From Marsupella aquatica (Eukaryota > Plantae > Marchantiophyta), in contig OZ316891.1 in assembly GCA_973895155.1 (NCBI GenBank), positions 15,841,037 to 15,905,036 of the forward strand: a stretch of 64,000 nt of DNA, in the 5' to 3' direction. The notes under the pieces were generated by a model. It was given only the letters and a program-made list of their open reading frames with translations, was not told where the DNA came from and did not search any database. Position 1 is the first letter of the stretch. Every line of letters starts with the position of its first letter. This document shows, piece after piece, positions 61,089 to 64,000 of the stretch. Position numbers and translations under genes: made by a program.

Positions 61089-64000
61089 GTAATGGTAATG
61101 GTAATGGTAATGTATTATAAGCTCTGGGACCATGAAAGTCAAAGGAACTGCCACAAAAAGTAAAGTACAATGCAATCAAAGAAAAGAGCAACCAAAAGAG
61201 ATTGCTCAGAAGAGGACAACTATGTCCTCAAAGAAACTATGGACCTAGAGAGCCCTGAAAGATTTTCCAAACCTATTCTCCTTTCCCTATCCACCGCAAA
61301 GATATATCTTCCAAGTTGCTGAGGGGGCAGACCAAACAATGCATACAAATCTTTCACCAAGATTTGAGATGCCATCCTAACCCCCTCATAAAACTTGCAA
61401 GCAATGAATACATGATATTCATTCTCTATACTAGAGCTATCACATAGTTGACAAACCCTCTTTTTCCTGTCAATATCCTTCCATCTCCCTTGTTCTACTT
61501 CAAGGTGGTGTGAGCTTAGTCTATACTGAGCAATAAGTTGTCTAAGTTGTACTGAGATAGTGCTAGATAAGTATTCTTGTTCTCGATATTTCTTCATGGG
61601 GTTCACATCTCTCATGTAGTATTGCTGCCGTGGGCTAGGTTCATGCCAAAGTTTGTGCAAAGCCTTTTGCTCAAGTTTTGCTCTTAGCTTGGTTGGGTGT
61701 GTTGGCCATTCATGTTCAGGAAAATCCCAAGCATGGGCCTAACCTACCCAATTGAGTGCCAACTCCACCATGCTCCTCCAAAATGTTGTGTAGCTGATCA
61801 ATGAAGATGCCAAATAGAGTTGGTGAGAGAGGACAACCTTGGATCACCCCAAGAGTGCTCCAGATTTCTTCAGAGGTTTCCTTTGAAAGTTTGATGCGCA
61901 CTTCTTGGTACAATTTAGAAACAGCCAACCTGAGCTCTTCAGGCACTTCCAACTCCACCATCCTATCCCAAAGCTTGGATCGGGAAACTTTGTCAAAGGC
62001 CTTGGAGAAGTCCACAAACAAGCAAAATAATGGTTTATGTGGAGATTTGGCCTTTTCACACAACACCCTCAAGCAGAGAATGTGATCCATAGTGTTGAAT
62101 TCTCTCCTAAAACCTGCTTGTGAAGGTGCCCTTTTCATCTCACTCTCCAACCAAGAGCTTAATCTGGCTTCAAGTAGTCCTCCCAAAACTTTAGCAAAAG
62201 TATTGCCTACCATGATGGTTCTATAGTTGTGCACATCGTCCTTGTTGCCTGCCTTGAAGATAGGCACCACTCTTCTGGTCATCCAAGCTTTAGGTAAACC
62301 TAAAGCCATTGCTTGATTCAGCTCATGCACCAAGTTTGTTAGTAAAGAGGGTCCTCCCCACAAAAGAAGCTCCAAGTTCAGGCCCAACAGATCTTTAGCT
62401 TTCCCATGTTGCATGTGGGAAAGATGCACCTTCACCTCCCTCTCTGTAAACTGAATGGTGTCCCCAAGGGGCAAAGGCATGCCACTAGCATCTGGAAAGA
62501 AATACAAGGATGTGACATAGGTTACCAGGTCCTGGTGATCCAAGGGGGGAGTAGTCTTGCCTGATTGCATTCTCTCCCAAAAACGTTTTGGATGTTTGAT
62601 GAACTCCTCACATAGTGATTGTTGATGACTCTTCAAGAAGCACCTCTTCTTGTGTTTGATGAAGTTCTTGTACATAGTAATGGTAATGGTAATGGTAATG
62701 TATTATAAGCTCCGGGACCATGAAAGTCAAAGGAGCTGCCACAAAAAGTAAAGTACAATGCAATCAAATAAAAGAGCAACCAAAAGAGATTTCTCAGAAG
62801 AGGACAACTATGTCCTCAAAGAAACTATGGACCTAGAGAGCCCTATGGACCTAGAGAGCCCTGAAAGATTTTCCAAACCTAATCTCCTTTCCCTATCCAC
62901 CGCAAAGATATATCTTCCAAGTTGCTGAGGGGGCAGACCAAACAATGCATACAAATCTTTCACCAAGATTTGAGATGCCATCCTAACCCCCTCATAAAAC
63001 TTGCAAGCAATGAATACATGATATTGAATGCCAAAAGTCTCTTTTCCCCTGAATGTGATCTTGCTTGCATCCTTGCTCTAGCACAATCCTCGTCAAACCA
63101 AGCCTTCATGTTTTGCTTTCTAGGGGGTTTGGTGGAGAAAGTAGAGGCTGCTGCTTGTGCTATGACTTCTGAGAGCTCAATCTGATCATCCAGGGTATGG
63201 AGAAGATGGTCAAAGTTGGCTTTGAAGATGACTTCTCTATCAGGGTCTAGAAACAGAGGTTTGGGTACTGGCTTTCTATGCACTTTGTTTGGGATTGTGG
63301 TCAGGTCAAGATGGAACAACAAAGGCAAGTGTGAAGACTCTGGTTGTTGATCAAGTATTTGAAAGTCAACCACTCTAGTGGCAGAGGTAGGTGAGGCAAG
63401 AAGGTAATCAATGGTACTACATCCTTGTTTAGATCTAAAAGTGTAACCAGATGATTGGGGAAATCTCTCAAGCCCATTCAATATTCTTAGATTACAAGAA
63501 GCTCCCAAATGCAAAAAGTGACATGTCATGTCATTTGTTCTGGTGTCAAGAGCCTCTCTCACCCAAGGTATCTCTTCACTACATGATGACCAAGGTAAAG
63601 TTCCTAAGTCCTCACTTTCAGTAAATTGTTCATTAGATACCCTGGCATTAAAGTCCCCCACTATCCATGTCTCCCCTAGTAATGGTAATGGTAATGGTAA
63701 TGTATTATAAGCTCCGGGACCATGAAAGTCAAAGGAGCTGCCACAAAAAGTAAAGTACAATGCAATCAAAGAAAAGAGCAACCAAAAGAGATTTCTCAGA
63801 AGAGGACAACTATGTCCTCAAAGAAACTATGGACCTAGAGAGCCCTGAAAGATTTTCCAAACCTATTCTCCTTTCCCTATCCACCGCAAAGATATATCAT
63901 GAATGACTTGGATTAACCTATGAAATGGATAATGTGCATCAGCAATTCCCATCTTATAGACATTCATATTAAGGGGAGCAAAGTAGGTGACAATCAGAAA
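61089..64000 (-). mobile_element. Nest of family A LINE pieces: one long copy carrying same-orientation 3'-end insertions
   Basis: Tails at about 61089, 62677 and 63679. Host ORF2 sequence continues on both sides of the 62678-63025 and 63680-63897 inserts; an additional internal jump occurs at about 61740. Confidence 0.88.

Overview
Eukaryotic, repeat-dense DNA, most likely from a non-seed land plant (an inference from the spliceosomal introns and the element types). Only one ordinary host gene is visible, a multi-exon DnaJ/ATJ10-like chaperone at about 27.6-31.1 kb. The rest is nested mobile DNA: (i) more than 14 copies or fragments of one young RTEX-like LINE with a (CCATTA)n tail, including one intact ORF2, plus a sister LINE with a (TTTGAC)n tail and an old L1-type remnant; (ii) a complete 12-kb CACTA element (12097-24153, TSD ACT) carrying a SET-domain exon inside its transposase gene; (iii) a canonical MULE remnant; (iv) three copies, in two divergent families, of an unusual Mutator-like element. 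This last element is the main candidate novel system. A GCM/WRKY-finger DDE transposase is divergently paired with an intron-containing gene that fuses a ParB/Srx-like domain to a beta-class N6/N4 DNA-methyltransferase-like fold. Its non-coding DNA carries family-specific palindromes (CTAGCGCC-N-GGCGCTAG versus GCTAGCGA-NN-TCGCTAGC). All domain calls come from motif recognition by eye, with no database searches. Boundaries marked approximate may be off by a few bases.
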